DNA from: Leucoraja erinacea
Taxonomy: Eukaryota
Reading direction: 5' to 3'
DNA length: 64,000 nucleotides
Assembly (NCBI RefSeq): GCF_028641065.1
Contig: NC_073384.1
Coordinates: 65,906,001-65,970,000 of the forward strand
Both the position numbers and the translations under genes were made by a program. Below are positions 24,711 to 37,295 of the stretch, piece by piece. How positions within the stretch are numbered: the first letter of the stretch is position 1; each line of letters starts with the position of its first letter. The notes beneath the pieces are model-generated. The model saw only the letters and a list, made by a program, of their open reading frames with translations, was not told the origin of the DNA and searched no databases.

Positions 24711-25842
24711 CATGCGTGATGGCTAGCTGTCAATTGAACTTGCCTCTACACAATGGGCTTTGTTGAAGGTGAATGAAACTGGCTGCTACTGATAATCCTG
24801 CCTGCATTTAGCATTGTGAATGAAAGATAAATTTCTCGGCAATGCATTTTATAAGCACTAATTAATGATTTACATTGGCTTTTGTGACTTATTAGTTGCC
24901 GTGAGAATACAAGTTTTATTACTTTACACCCATATCAAATATGTTGTGTCTGTTTTAGCAGTAGACACATAAAACCTCTCGGAAATAGTGAATAACAACA
25001 GTCTAAAGAGAATGAAGAGCTGAAATAAATTAGCAATACAAATAAAATCGCTGGGGAAATTAATGGACTGAAGCCAGTAAATCGTTAGGTCCTGAAAAGC
25101 TGCATCACAAACTTTAGAACCAAAATGGTCTTGGTGATAATGGATGAACTAGTTATATTCTTCTGAAATGCTGCTAACATTAGAATAATTCCAAGATTGC
25201 AAGGTAATACTGTAAGTGTCACTCCACTATATGAGTGCGCTTGGGCACTTGTTTCCACACTGTATATCTCAAAACTAAACAAAAATCAGAACTCCCCACA
25301 ATGGGGAAAATCCCCTGATATAGAAACATAGAAAATTGGTGCAGGAATAGAATTGTCCAAATGCAGTTCAAATAAAGTCAGTCGGGGCAAGCGCAGGGAC
25401 TTGTGCATGTACAGCGACGTTACATTAATGCGCTGCAGAACTTTAAGACTGATGTTTAAAGCAGCTGGAGTGGGTTTTTTTTGTAAGGATAGGATCTGCA
25501 GACAGAAATACACTTTTGGGATTTTATTTTGGAATGCAACTGTTCGATTCAATTTGGAAAAAAAATGTGTAATAGGAAATCAAAGCCCCCAGTTGGCTAA
25601 TTATTAGAGGCACATTATTCCTATGGTACACCAATTGTTACTATGGAATGTTTTGAAAAGTGATACTCAAGTATAAATTGGCATGGGGACATTGTTCCCG
25701 ATTGTAAAATGCATCGGAATTCTATTTCACACATTGTTTTTCATCGTTAAAGGAACTATAATTAACAGGACGTACAGAGAAAACTGCGTATTTTAAAAAC
25801 AATAATTAATGTCATAAGAATTCAGAACCTAGGTAAAAGTAA

Positions 25843-26064
25843 TGGGCCTGTTTAGGCGACTGCCAGGGACTAGTTTTAATGGAATTCACCTACGACACCT
25901 GTCGACAACTCGCATCAGCATCTACGACAACCTACGACAACACCTACGCCATCCTACGGCAGCATAAATGGTCGCCACTGTCGCCGAAAAATTTTCAACA
26001 TGTTGAAAATATTGTGACAGTCGCCTGTAGTCGCCCCAAAAATCGCCTAAGTGGGACATGCCCT
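25843..26064. mobile_element. Harbinger-like MITE family C, internally deleted
   Basis: Right TIR AATCGCCTAAGTGGGACATGCCCT; partial left TIR. Confidence 0.7.
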
Positions 26065-26595
26065 TTTAGCTATCCCAATCTTATCCTTTATTGTGACAAA
26101 GGTAATGAATTTTTAATCCATAAAACGATTGTGTGTAGGCTAGCTCAGAAACAAAATGAGATTTGGTAAAATGCTCTTTTTGGGTAACACCAACATTAAA
26201 TGTTTTGCTCAAAAAATTGATCACAATTCTTGACGTGGAATTGTTGACGGAAATGCAGGATGATGACAGTTGATCCAAAATTCACGAAATGTTCTCCTAG
26301 TTTGCATAGTTGGAATGCAAGTTCCCTGGATTTTCATGGGATCTGGGAAAGTGAACTAAAAAAAAATTGAATTGACGAAGAAAATTGCTTTTGGTAATGG
26401 TAACCATGAATCCATGGCATTGTTGTGAAAATCCATCATGTTCACCAATGTTCTTCAGGGGAGGATAGCCTTCCCCAATCTGGCTAATGTACATAACTCC
26501 AAACCTAATGACTCTCAACTCCCTCTTCAGTTCATGAGCAATTAGGAATGAACTTTCAATACCGATATTCCTAGACTTTTCCAAATCCTGTAAAC

Positions 26596-27211
26596 CAGTG
26601 GTTCCCAACCTTTTTTTGGCCATGCCCCACCTAATCGCCTCTAAAATCCTGATGCCCCTCTCCATGTGGTGATATATAATTCTTATCATAAGGGGCAGAA
26701 AGGTGACCGCTCATCATGGACAGCGGGTATGAAACCAAGTTTTAAATATTCCTCTGAATACTGACGAACTTTCTTCTTGCTTGCACTACTCATTTTAGCA
26801 CGAGCAGACAAAGAAATAATTCTCAGAAAATGGATTGCTTTCCCTTGAGAGAAAACGGAGGAAATAGATATTATAAGGGTAACTTAGCAAAAGCTCTTTG
26901 AATCGCATTTCTAAATCCAATTCAATAAATAAGGTTCTCCCATGACCTCGCGCGCTTCGTGCGACGTGCATGAAGAGCGATGGCGCGGTGATTATGTAAT
27001 AACTACACAATAAAGACCTTTTTTACCCCCCAAAAAATTATTTACTCAAAATAACATCTGAAACATAAACTACATATGTTTACCTGATGGAAAATCCAAA
27101 AAAATAAAAATCGAAAATTTGGACCCAGACCTCCTCAGTCGCGCTCAATTGCCCCCCTTAAAAATCAAATTGCCCCCCTGTGGGGCATACGCCCCACGTT
27201 GGGAACCACTG
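26596..27211. mobile_element. hAT (Charlie-like) non-autonomous element
   Basis: TIR CAGTGGTTCCCAAC / GTTGGGAACCACTG; perfect 8-bp TSD CTGTAAAC. Confidence 0.9.
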
Positions 27212-27273
27212 CTGTAAACAAAGTAATAGAAAAATATTACCCAGTTGCATTTACTTTTCCTCTTGTAACGTAT

Positions 27274-28376
27274 AGGGCCTGTCCCACTTGGCCGTCATTT
27301 ATGCGATAGGCCGGTCGTGACTGACACACGACAGTTGCACGACGGTCGAGCCACTGTCGCGTGTGTCATCACGCACCTTCATGTGTCAACACAGCCGTCT
27401 GGAGCGTGTGATATCATTTGAATACCCAGTTTATGATATTTACCCAGTTTATGAAATTTAAGGTGATTTTCTAAAATGTTTCAGTTTCTTGAGTGGTGCT
27501 AGCAATTGGAAACCTGCAGATGTAATGCCCCAATTCAAAAAAAGAGGTGAATGAAAAGTAGCAAGCTGCAGACCAAATTAATCTGTGGGAAGGAACTGCA
27601 GATGCTGGTTTAAATTGAAGAAAGACACAAAGTGCAGGAGTAACTCAGCAGGACAGGCAGCATCTCTGGAGAGAAGGAATGGATGATGTTTCGGGTCGAG
27701 ACTCTTCTTCAGTCTGAAGAAGGGTCTTGACTCGAAACGTCACCCATTGCTTCTCTCCAGAGATGCTGCCGGTCCCGCTGAGTTACTCCAGCATTTTGTA
27801 TCACTTATCTGGTTTGCTCTTCCATTTCTACCAACTGCACCCCTTCTCATGTCATTCGTTTATCCAGCTGTAGGAGATACAACATTTGTCCCTTTAACCA
27901 CAATCCAGGGACCCAAGCAGTTATTGCAAGTGAAGCATCAATTCACTTTTGCACTTTCCGGTTTAGTGTATTTTGGTGTTCACCACATAGTTTTCTCTAC
28001 GAAACTGTGCAAATATTTAAATCGCGCGCGCTTATATCCATGACGCGTAAAAGGCGGGGCGACTGCGTATGGACGGCGTGCGGCGGCGCATTTTTACGCA
28101 CGGTGACGTAATCATGCGTCACCACGCGCTACATGTACAAGGTCAGGATGCCTGCGTGCGACCGCAATACGCCCGTGTGCGAATGCGATACGTCACGCCG
28201 GAGCTGTGCGAAGATTTTGAGCCCTACAAAATCCTGGAGCGCCGCGCGATATCGCTCGCAACTTCATACCCCTCCATGCGACCGTCACGCACGGCCCACA
28301 TGCTACCCGTGTGTCTCAACGCGACGATGAGGTAGCGTAAATGGCGCGCAAATGACGGCCAAGTGGGACAGGTCCT
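27274..28376. mobile_element. Harbinger-like MITE ends (family E) bracketing ~600 bp of other sequence
   Basis: 27-bp TIR AGGGCCTGTCCCACTTGGCCGTCATTT / AAATGACGGCCAAGTGGGACAGGTCCT. Confidence 0.6.
27584..27799. mobile_element. PLE fold-back palindrome with back-to-back hammerhead cores (27685-27712 minus, 27714-27741 plus)
   Basis: Centre CTTCTTCAG-T-CTGAAGAAG; plus-strand core CTGAAGA-AGGGTCTTGACTC-GAAACGTC. Confidence 0.85.
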
Positions 28377-28834
28377 TGTCACATCGGAATCACCATTTCT
28401 TTGCCTGTGCCTTTCATCTATCAATGGCTTACTTGAGAATATACAAAACCCTATTGTTTTGTGACCTCAGGCATTTAAGTTAAATGCTTTGGCCTCTTTC
28501 CATCGTGCTAACTCTAACCATTGTCTAATATTTATCTAATTTTCTCTGTAGAGAATCTGACATCCTGAACAGAACACAAAGTGCTGGAGTAACTCAGTGT
28601 GTCAGGCAGGCAGTCTGACCCCACTGAGTTAAGGGCCTGTTTTTTTTGGTGTCTGCCAGCGACTGTCATGGTGGTAGCAGTGTTAGTGTATGAGGATCAC
28701 TAGTGGTGGGTACGGACTCAGTGAGCCAGTTTCTGTGCTGTATTTCTAAAAATCGATTTCAGCATTCATTGCTTTATTCACCTCCTGTAAACAAATATAT
28801 AGAAAAATATTATCTATATGCGCTTTAGAATGCT

Positions 28835-29425
28835 AGGGTAACTTGGATAGGTTGGGTGAGTGGGCAGATGCAGTTTAATGTGGGTAAATGTGAGCTTATC
28901 CACTCTGGTAGCAAAGACAGGAAGGCAGGTTACTATCTAAATGGTGTCAAGTTGGGAAAAGTACAACGGGATCTGGGGGTCCTTATTCATCAGTCAATGA
29001 AAGTAAGCGCGCAGGTACAGCAGGCAGTGAAGAAAGCGAATGGCATGTTGGCTTTTATAACAAGAAGAGTTGTGTATAGGAGCAATGCGGTCCTTCTGCA
29101 GTTGTGTAGGGCTCTAGTGAACAAGACTCTAATCAGTTCGTGACTGCCAATCACCACCCCCCCCCCCCCCCCCCCCCCCACCGGCACTGCGGTCCTTCTG
29201 CATTTCGTTGTCTCTGTAGGGACAATCTTGAGTGAATCTGAATCTGAATCTGACCACACCTGGAGTATTGTGTTCAGTTTTGGTCCCCTAATTTGAGGAA
29301 GGACATTCTTGCTATTGAGGCAGTGCAGCGTAGGTTTACAAGGTTAATTCCGGGGATGGCGGGACTGTCATATGCTGAGAGAATGGAGCGGCTGGCTCGA
29401 AGGGCCGAATGGCCTACTCCTGCAC
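28835..29425 (+). mobile_element. CR1 fragment with internal deletion and an inserted Rex1 tail (~29121-29251)
   Basis: QMQFNVGKCE..AVKKANGML motifs; poly-C and (TCTGAA)n Rex1 tail inside. Confidence 0.8.
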
Positions 29426-29584
29426 AATATTGTCTATTGATTTTCCCGTTAAAATATATAACTTTACACCTATCCACTTCTAATGTCACTCTTATTTTCT
29501 GTGTTCATTACAATCAACTGGCTGTGGTTCTCATGAGAATGGAAAAGATTTGCTGTTTTGTGATTTTGCTAAATGTTTAGTATT

Positions 29585-29900
29585 AGTTGGTTAGTTTTAG
29601 AGATATAGTATGGAAACAGGCCCTTCAGCGCAACAAATTCACATTGACCATTGATCACCTACCTATACACTAATCCCATTTTCACATCCCACAGAGTAGG
29701 GGTAATTTACAGAAGCCAATTAACCTACAAACCTGCACATCTTTGTGGAATGGGGAAGGATACTGGGGCACCCCCGGAGAAAACCCTTCTGATCGCCGTG
29801 AGAACTTAGAAACTCTGCACAGACAGCACCCGTAGTCAGGATCGAACCCGGGTCTCTGATGCTGTAAGGCTGCAGCTCCACCGTTGTGCCATTCTGCCGC
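29585..29900 (-). mobile_element. V-SINE (HE1-like)
   Basis: B box GGTTCGATCC, V-domain, CR1-shared tail. Confidence 0.85.
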
Positions 29901-30379
29901 CCCTAACGTGGTCTGCAGATAACTGAGGACTAATTCAACCTGGTGGCTATACCAGCGCAATAATCACCCCGTGAAACACTGTAGCATCAGTGATTCAGAC
30001 CAGATAAGGATGCAACATTGTCCAGATCAGCATGATCGAGCACATATTTCAGGCACCTTTAGAGCATGGGGCACAGCTATGTGAAAACTTGACCTTTTGC
30101 CACCATTTCATGATTGTATCTCAGGTAAAGTCGAATGACTTTAGCAGATGTTCAGATTAGAAATATTAGATCGTATCACAGGTAATTAACTGCAGGGTTC
30201 GTGCATTTATCATTTAGCTCACAGCAGGCCAGTGAACTTTGGTTGAGAGTCTGTTGCTGAAACACGTCATAATGCAAAAGACCCAAAGGCATTGGGTGCT
30301 GTAGACAAGTCTTGTGCAACCACACTCTTACAGCATGTGATTCATCGTGGCAGAGAGTTCCACTGAAGTTTCTTGAGCA

Positions 30380-30700
30380 GGGGAGAGGGGTGAGGGGAGA
30401 CGAGAGGGGTGAAGGGTGAGAGGAGAGGGGAGAAGGGTGAGGGAAGAGGGGTGAGGCGATAGGGGTGAGGGGTGAGGGGTGAAGGGAGAGGGGTGTGGGG
30501 GTGAGGGGTGGGGGTTGGGGAGAGGGGAGAAGGGGTAGGAGTGGGGCAGGGGAAGGGGGGGTAGGAGAGGAGAGAGAGAGAGAGGAAAGTTAAGGAGAGG
30601 GTGGGGGAGGGTGAGAGAGGAGGAGAGATGGGAGAGAGAGAGGGGAGAGACGGGAGAGAGAGGGGGAGTGAGGGGGAATGAAGAGAGGAGAGGGGAGAGT
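30380..30700 (+). repeat. G/A-rich low-complexity tract (G4/triplex-prone)
   Basis: GGGGTGA and GGAGAG runs. Confidence 0.85.
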
Positions 30701-31894
30701 CAGTAATCAGAGTGGAAGGCCTGTAACTAAGGGGCCAGGGGATTACCAGCAATTGGGGTTTGAGGGAAGGGACTGGCAGTCTGATCCGAGGGGCAAAATT
30801 TGACTGAGCATTCCCCAAAGATTAGGATGAAGGTTTAGGGCATTTCTCCCAGTTATAAGGATTTTTCATCGTATTGTCTTTAAGCTAATGTTTAAGAATG
30901 TTAAATTTTAGTCCTGCTGCTACAAATGCACTGCATAAAACCAGGTCTCTGAATTTGTGTAGAGATGGGTTATATATTAAATAATTTTAAAAACATTGAG
31001 GAGAGGCAGATTTTATTGAAAGCCCATGGCAATATCTTTTCGCTCAGCTGAAGTCATAACCTTCATGCTCTCGGGTATTTATTCTGGTAAGTGAGCTTTT
31101 ACACATCGTGATAGAATTAAGTGCTTGCTAAACTGTGTTGGACAGTTGCCTCAGCGCTATATCTGAAAACCAACTGCAAAAAAAGAGTATCTCTGTATCC
31201 CTGATTACAGTCTGTTACTTCCACGTCAACAATAGTCACCTTGGAGCTTCCGTTCGTGAGACTGACAGCCTAATGCCAATTAGGCCTGAATTATAGCTAG
31301 TTGTACCCACGAGGTTCTGATATGCAACTGCCAAAAACCTGACAACTCTCCCAGCCATCAGAGAGGAAGCTTATCCAATCTGTCTGGGTTAGTTTTGGAC
31401 CCGGGGATGAAAGGATAATGTTCTAACCCAGTGCACCCATCAAGTCACATAACAAGTAGGTCATAATTTTCACAAGTCAATGTTAGGATTCACAATTTGA
31501 GTCAATGTTCGAATGCACACTGATCCTCACTTGCAGCTCTGGGTTTCTGCCAATCATTTCGCCAGAGCTCAGAGGGTAATTGGCAGGAAACTGGAGGCAG
31601 GCAGCAGAGGCAAGCGATGTGAAATGCAAGGTAAATATCCTCAAAAGTGACATTCCTTGTGAAAACCTGAATACTTTCGCAACAGGCTCTATTTTCTAAC
31701 CATGTAAACTTTTACTCATCTAAACGACATCGTCGGAAGGAAACCGAGAAGATTCAGTTTTAGACAACACGCGACACTTTATTCAACTTTGGCAACATTT
31801 CCTATTTCTGGAAACCACTGCTTCAAGAAACGAAAACCTCCAGTCTGTCTGCCTCTTCACAAACGTGACCCTTTGGAATCAGGTAAGTCATGGT

Positions 31895-32220
31895 CATAGA
31901 GAGATACAACAATGAAGTGGGCCCTTCAGCCCATTTAGTCAGTACTGACCATTGATCACATTTACACTAAATGTACAATAGTCTAATTTATTTTATTCTC
32001 TGCACATTCTCAACCATTTGCACTCTCCCTCTCGCTTCTACCGCTTACCTATACACTTGACACAATTTACAGTGGCCAATTAGACTACCAACATGCACAT
32101 TTTTGAGATGTAGGAGAAAATCAAAGTACCTGGTGGAAATCCATGTGGGAGAACTTTGTCCAGAGGATAAAATGGAATCTGGGTGGCTGAAACTGTGAGG
32201 CAGCAGCTCTGCCAGTGGCA
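31895..32220 (-). mobile_element. Old V-SINE
   Basis: Degenerate GGCCCTTCAGCCCA..CAATTTACAGTGGCCAATT..GTAGGAGAAAA. Confidence 0.6.
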
Positions 32221-32549
32221 CAAATTGTTGATATGGTTTTATTATGAATTCATCAGTTGTACTTTAAAAGGCACCAAGATGATCAGGAAACGAGGAGATT
32301 GCAGACAGAAAAGGAAGTGGGAAATATTTTCTGCACTTGGTACCTGTTTTCAGAAAGCCCTGGAGATCCCTCAGAAAAAGACTGAGAATCAGGAAATGCC
32401 ATTTCTCACAGAAGAGCTTGGCTGTGAGTGGAGCGTGCCAGTAAAAGGGAGTCTTACTACCTTGCTTGAAATTGAGCCACCCTTCAGTCATCAAAGCTCC
32501 CACATCCACTGTCCTGAGTCAGTAATCGCAAAAGTTAATTGGAAATAAT

Positions 32550-32890
32550 ACATTATGTACATACGATTATGAGGGGTTCAGATAGGGAAGACTGCACGAA
32601 ATTGTCAGAGGTAGATCAAAATAGAGGCCCTGAGGAAAGGAGGAAGAGGTTCAAGGGGGTCACGAGGGGGATCTTCTTCCCCTAGAGAGCACAAAGTACC
32701 TGGAATGCATCGGTTGAAAGAGAGGTTGATGGTGAATCACTGATAGCATTTTAAGAAGTGCCTTGATGAATTCTTGAAGCATTTAGGCATGGAGGGCTCT
32801 GGACCAAGAAGTGGTTGATGGGATTAATACAGAAGGGTGCCTATTAGTCAGTGTGGATGAGTTGGGCCAGATATCCTAAGTTCACATTGT
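32550..32890 (+). mobile_element. Old CR1 3' fragment
   Basis: Degenerate RT C-terminal DNA (ATTATGAGGGGTTCAGATAGG..TTCTTC..TGGAATGCA). Confidence 0.6.
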
Positions 32891-32950
32891 AGGATAAACA
32901 CCACTTTATAACTTGCCACAGGAGCAAACTGGGCACTGAGTATTCTACAG

Positions 32951-33161
32951 ATGGACATAACAAGCTGGAGTAACTCATGGGGACAGGCAGTATCTCTGGA
33001 GAGAAGGAATGGGTGACGTTTCGAATGGGTGAGTCTGAAGAAGGGTCTCCACCCAAAATGGCACCCATTTCTTCTCTCCAGAGATACTACCAGTCCCACT
33101 GAGTTACTCCAGCTTTTTGCGTCTATCTTCAATTTAAACCAGCATCTACAGTTCTGTACGA
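32951..33161. mobile_element. PLE fold-back with partly deleted centre
   Basis: 17-bp TSD CAYTGAGTATTCTRCAG (32934-32950, 33162-33178). Confidence 0.8.
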
Positions 33162-33466
33162 CATTGAGTATTCTGCAGCAGGTAATCTTCATCCTAATTC
33201 TTAGCCTTTCGATTATGGACGATTCATGTTTTCCTGCTTTGTTTTTAGGGGAAATGTACATCACGAGTAAGGCCAGTGCTTATTAATCGTCCATAGTGGA
33301 AAGGTCTCTGTGCAGAGAAATGTTAAATAGGCTCATTCAATCTAGAAACATCTCTGTCTGAGTGAGCAGAAGAGGGCTCCTATAGTCACCTGAAATCACT
33401 TACTGCGAAATATTCAGCCTATGGCCCATGACTACTCAAAGCAGAGAAGGAGCATTCCAGATTAGG

Positions 33467-33720
33467 GGTGGGCACGGTGGCACAACGGTAGAGTTTCTGC
33501 CTTACAGCGCTTGCAGCACCAGAGACCCGGGTTCAATCCCGACTATGGGTGCTGTCTGTACGGAGTTTGTAAGTTCTCCCCGTGACCACGTGGGCTTTCT
33601 CCGAGAGCTTCGGTTTACTCCCACATTCCAAAGACATACAGGTATGTAGGTTAATTGGCTTGGTGCACATATAAATTGTCCCTTGTGGATGCTGGTCAGG
33701 TGATGTAGCAAGTGGGTATG
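33467..33720 (+). mobile_element. V-SINE (HE1-like)
   Basis: A box TGGCACAACGG, B box GGTTCAATCC, V-domain. Confidence 0.85.
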
Positions 33721-33994
33721 GATTGATTCAACTGGTGTGGAGTTGAACATTTTTGAACGTATCCACCTCTGACCTTACCTCCATACCACTTCGAAGGAGA
33801 CAAAAGAGACGGCAAAATCTTGAATTGGGGGGAAAAAAAGAACACTGGATGAATTCTGCAGATCAATCAGCATCTTTTGATGCAAAATGTGTAAAGCGAT
33901 CAGCCATGGCTTTTAGAAACATCCTAGACCTGTGAAACAATTTGCATCATAGTTTAAGTCACAAAACATTTAATCTTTGTTGGCATACACATGG

Positions 33995-36110
33995 CTTAAT
34001 TTAAACTCAGATTCATTTATTGTTATACCTGTATATATATCTATGTATCTATTTGCAATGAAATTCTTTGTTCACATGAAGTGCACAGTAGAAATATAGT
34101 CATGATAAATACAACAACATTGTAGTGTCATCTGATGTAGTGCAAAACCATATTAAAATACTATCGTAAAATGATGGAATGAGGCAGACTTAAGAGTAAG
34201 AATATTTGCAGCATCTCTTGACACATGACACAAGGTTCTTGGTCTCTTTCCTGTGCTTCAATTTATTATTGTTGTTGATCCGGCCGACAACTGTAGTATC
34301 ATCAGCAAACTTAAAGATTGAGTTTGACACAAACTCAGTGGGACAGGCAGCATCTCTGGAGAGAAGGAATGGGTGACGTTTCATGTCGAGACCCTTCTTC
34401 AGACTGAGAGTCAGGGGAGATGGAGTCTAGATATATGGAGGGGTAAGGTGTGAAAATGATAGATAAGGAAATGTAGAATGGTTCATTGTTGGCTGAGGGA
34501 ATGGTGACAAGGAGGCATGCAATCAGTAAAATTAATCGGTAGGACAGTGAAACTAGTCGGAGAGCTAGAGTGGGGGAGCGACAGAGAGAGAGGGTAAGGA
34601 AGAGTTCATTAAAGTTAGAGAAATCAACATTCGTAGCGCTGGGTTGTAAGCTGCCCAATAATGCATTTCGTTGTCTCTGTACTGTACACTGACAATGACA
34701 ATTAAAATTGAATCTGAATCTGAAACACCATGTTGACGTTTTAAAGGGCCACACAGTCATGGGTGTACAGGGAGTACGGGGACTGAGCACAAAATACTGG
34801 AGGAAATGTTATGACCAATTCTAACCGACTGTTTAGGGATGAGATTATTCAGTGTTATAGTGCTGATGGCCGAGCTGTAAGCTATCAATTGCATCTTAAC
34901 ATGCGTATTCCTATTGTTAGGGTGATCCAACGCTGAATGTAGTGCAAGGGAGATGGTGTCTCCCATCGGACTATATTTCCTGTACACAAATTGCAAAGGG
35001 TTTAGATAGCCCAAAGCCTGGTGCAGATGTAGGCCGCTACCGGTCTTTCAAAGAACTTCAGTATAGTCGATATTGCAGCAAACTGGACAATGGCCATTGA
35101 AACTGGACACTTTACTTTTTTGGCTTCTGGAATGATGCAAGTTATTTTTAGACAGATGGTGACAGTAGATTTTTTGGCGTGAGAGGTCGAAGATGTTGGT
35201 TGACGATGTTGGTCAGTTGATTTTGCACATGATTTCAGAACACTTCCAGGGAGTGCGTTCGGACTGGCCACTTTCCAAGAGTTTACCCTTGCGAAAGGAG
35301 ATCTGACTGAGTTGTATGGGACAGTGAGATGTATGGGACCGAGTCAGCAGCATTGAGATACCGCTCCTTGGGTAACTTTGTTTGCTTGTTCAAAATGGGC
35401 GAAATAAGGTTTGAGAGCATCTGTTTGAGGTCAGTGGTCGTCCCAGATTTTGGCTTGCTGCCCATAAATGTATTCAGGCTCAGCCACAGTTCCATCACAT
35501 CTGCTTGATGGAATTGAGTTGCCAGCTTGGTTTGTGATTCTCTGTACTTTCTTGATAGACTTGCGGTGATCGTACTTGGTCTCGTGTAGGAAGGATCTGC
35601 AGGTGCTGGTTCAAACCAAAGATAGGCACAAAATGCTGGAGTAACTCTGCGGGTCAGACACCATCTCTGGAGGAAAGGAATAGGTGATGTTTCGGGTTGA
35701 GACCCTTCTCCAGTCTGAAGAAGGGTCTCTTCCTGAAACGTCGACTATTCCTTTTCTTCACAGGTGCTGTCTGACCTGCTGAGTTACTCCAGATTTTTGT
35801 GTACTTGGTCTTCTTGTACAGCGTGGGATCACCCATCTTTTAAAGGTTTCGGATCCGGATCTTATCAGAGAATGAATCTTTCTGTTCATCTAAGGTTACT
35901 GGTTAAGATAGACCCTGATTGTCTTTGTCGTAACATAGGAGTCATTGCATTTCTTGATGAAACTGGTGACAACTGAGGTAATCTTGTTCAGGCTGGTTGA
36001 AATGGTCTTGAATGTCCAGTCCACTAACACAAGGTGATTCTGAAGCAGAAAGCCAGCCTCCTCAGACCACTGCTGCATTACTCTTTTTTGTTGGTGCCTC
36101 GGGCTTCAAT
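33995..36110 (-). mobile_element. Degenerate Rex1/Babar LINE with nested PLE (34325-34657), Rex1 tail (34660-34722) and PLE hairpin (35583-35800)
   Basis: SNSIFKFADDTTVVGRI, LNPLQF and HSALDH motifs; hammerhead cores at 34375-34402, 35686-35713 and 35715-35742. Confidence 0.8.
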
Positions 36111-36318
36111 CGCTGTAAGACAACACTAGCTACATCGACAGATGATTAAACTGGCCGAAATGAGAGCGAGGGATGGAGCAACAGTCACACATGAGGGTAT
36201 GATAACCACTCACAAATATTTGGCACCAAGGATTTGTACCAGAGAAAATTATATATTGGTTGATAACTGAATAATGTTAATGAAGTTGAAGCAGGACTTT
36301 CATCAGGTCAAATCAAGG

Positions 36319-37295
36319 TTTAATCATGCTTTCAGCACTTGGCTGCTTTGGAGATTTGACTCCTGAGGCCTTCATGTAATATTCTCAGGAAAGCTACTTT
36401 AGATAGATTAGAATTTTAATCTGGTCAAAGTGACAGATATGGGAATGAATAGCAAGAAATCCAAACCCTTCATTGACTTTTCATACTGGAATTCATAATG
36501 TATCTCATATCACAGACATCAGATATTAGTCCTCCTAAACTTACCTGATCTCCCGGCTGCTAAACGTTTAAACTTCCCTCTCCCATTCCAATACTGACCT
36601 TTCTGTCCTGGGCCTCTGCCATTGTCCGAGTGAGGCCCAGCACAAATTGAGTGAACAGCACCTCATATTTTGCTTGGGCAGCCTGCACCCCAGTGGTATG
36701 AACATTGATTTCTGTAACATCAAGTAACCCTTGCTTTCTCTCTCTCTCCATCCCCTCCCCCTTCCTAGTTCTCCGACCAGACTGACTGCCCCCTAATTAA
36801 ATGTTATCTCTGTATGCATTGTTGTCACATTCTTCTAGATAACAATGATCTATACATTTTCCTTGATATCCACCCTCTTTGATGTCTCATTTACATACCT
36901 TACACATCCTTATCTCTGTGTCTCTCTCTCTCCTCTGACTCTCAGTCTGAAGAACGGTCTCGACCTGAAATGTCACCCATTCCTTCTCTCCAGAGATGCT
37001 GCCTGTTCCGCTGAGTTACTCCAGCATTTTGTGTCTATCTTTGGTGTAAACCAGCATCTGCAGTTCCTTCCTACACATTTAATCATGCTTCCAGCACTTA
37101 GCTTTTTTGGAGATTTGACTCCTGAAGCCTTCCTACAACATTCTCAGGAAGGCTACATAAATACAACAGATAGATTAGAATTTTCATCTGGTCGAAACAA
37201 AAAATATTGGCATTGATAGCAAGAAATTCAAACCTTTCATTGACGTTTCAAATTGGAATTCATGATCTATCTCATATCATAGACATTAGAAATTT
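36319..37295 (+). repeat. ~210-bp direct repeat pair (36319-36526, 37078-37295) flanking the PLE
   Basis: Both copies start TTTAATCATGCTT and end ATCTCATATCAYAGACATYAGA; roughly 80% identical by eye. Confidence 0.9.
36527..37077 (+). mobile_element. PLE 3' portion (GIY-YIG end, pLTR, hammerhead 36947-36974)
   Basis: DNA encoding LSVLGL..QHLIFCLGSLHPSGMNIDF-like peptide; CTGAAGA..GAAATGTC. Confidence 0.85.

Noticed and set aside
30342-30818. 158-aa Ser/Pro-rich ORF
   Set aside because: Antisense of a G/A-rich simple tract
33467-33545. tRNA-like heads here and at 3801, 48160 and 51465 as tRNA genes
   Set aside because: Each continues into a SINE body and LINE tail; no proper cloverleaf
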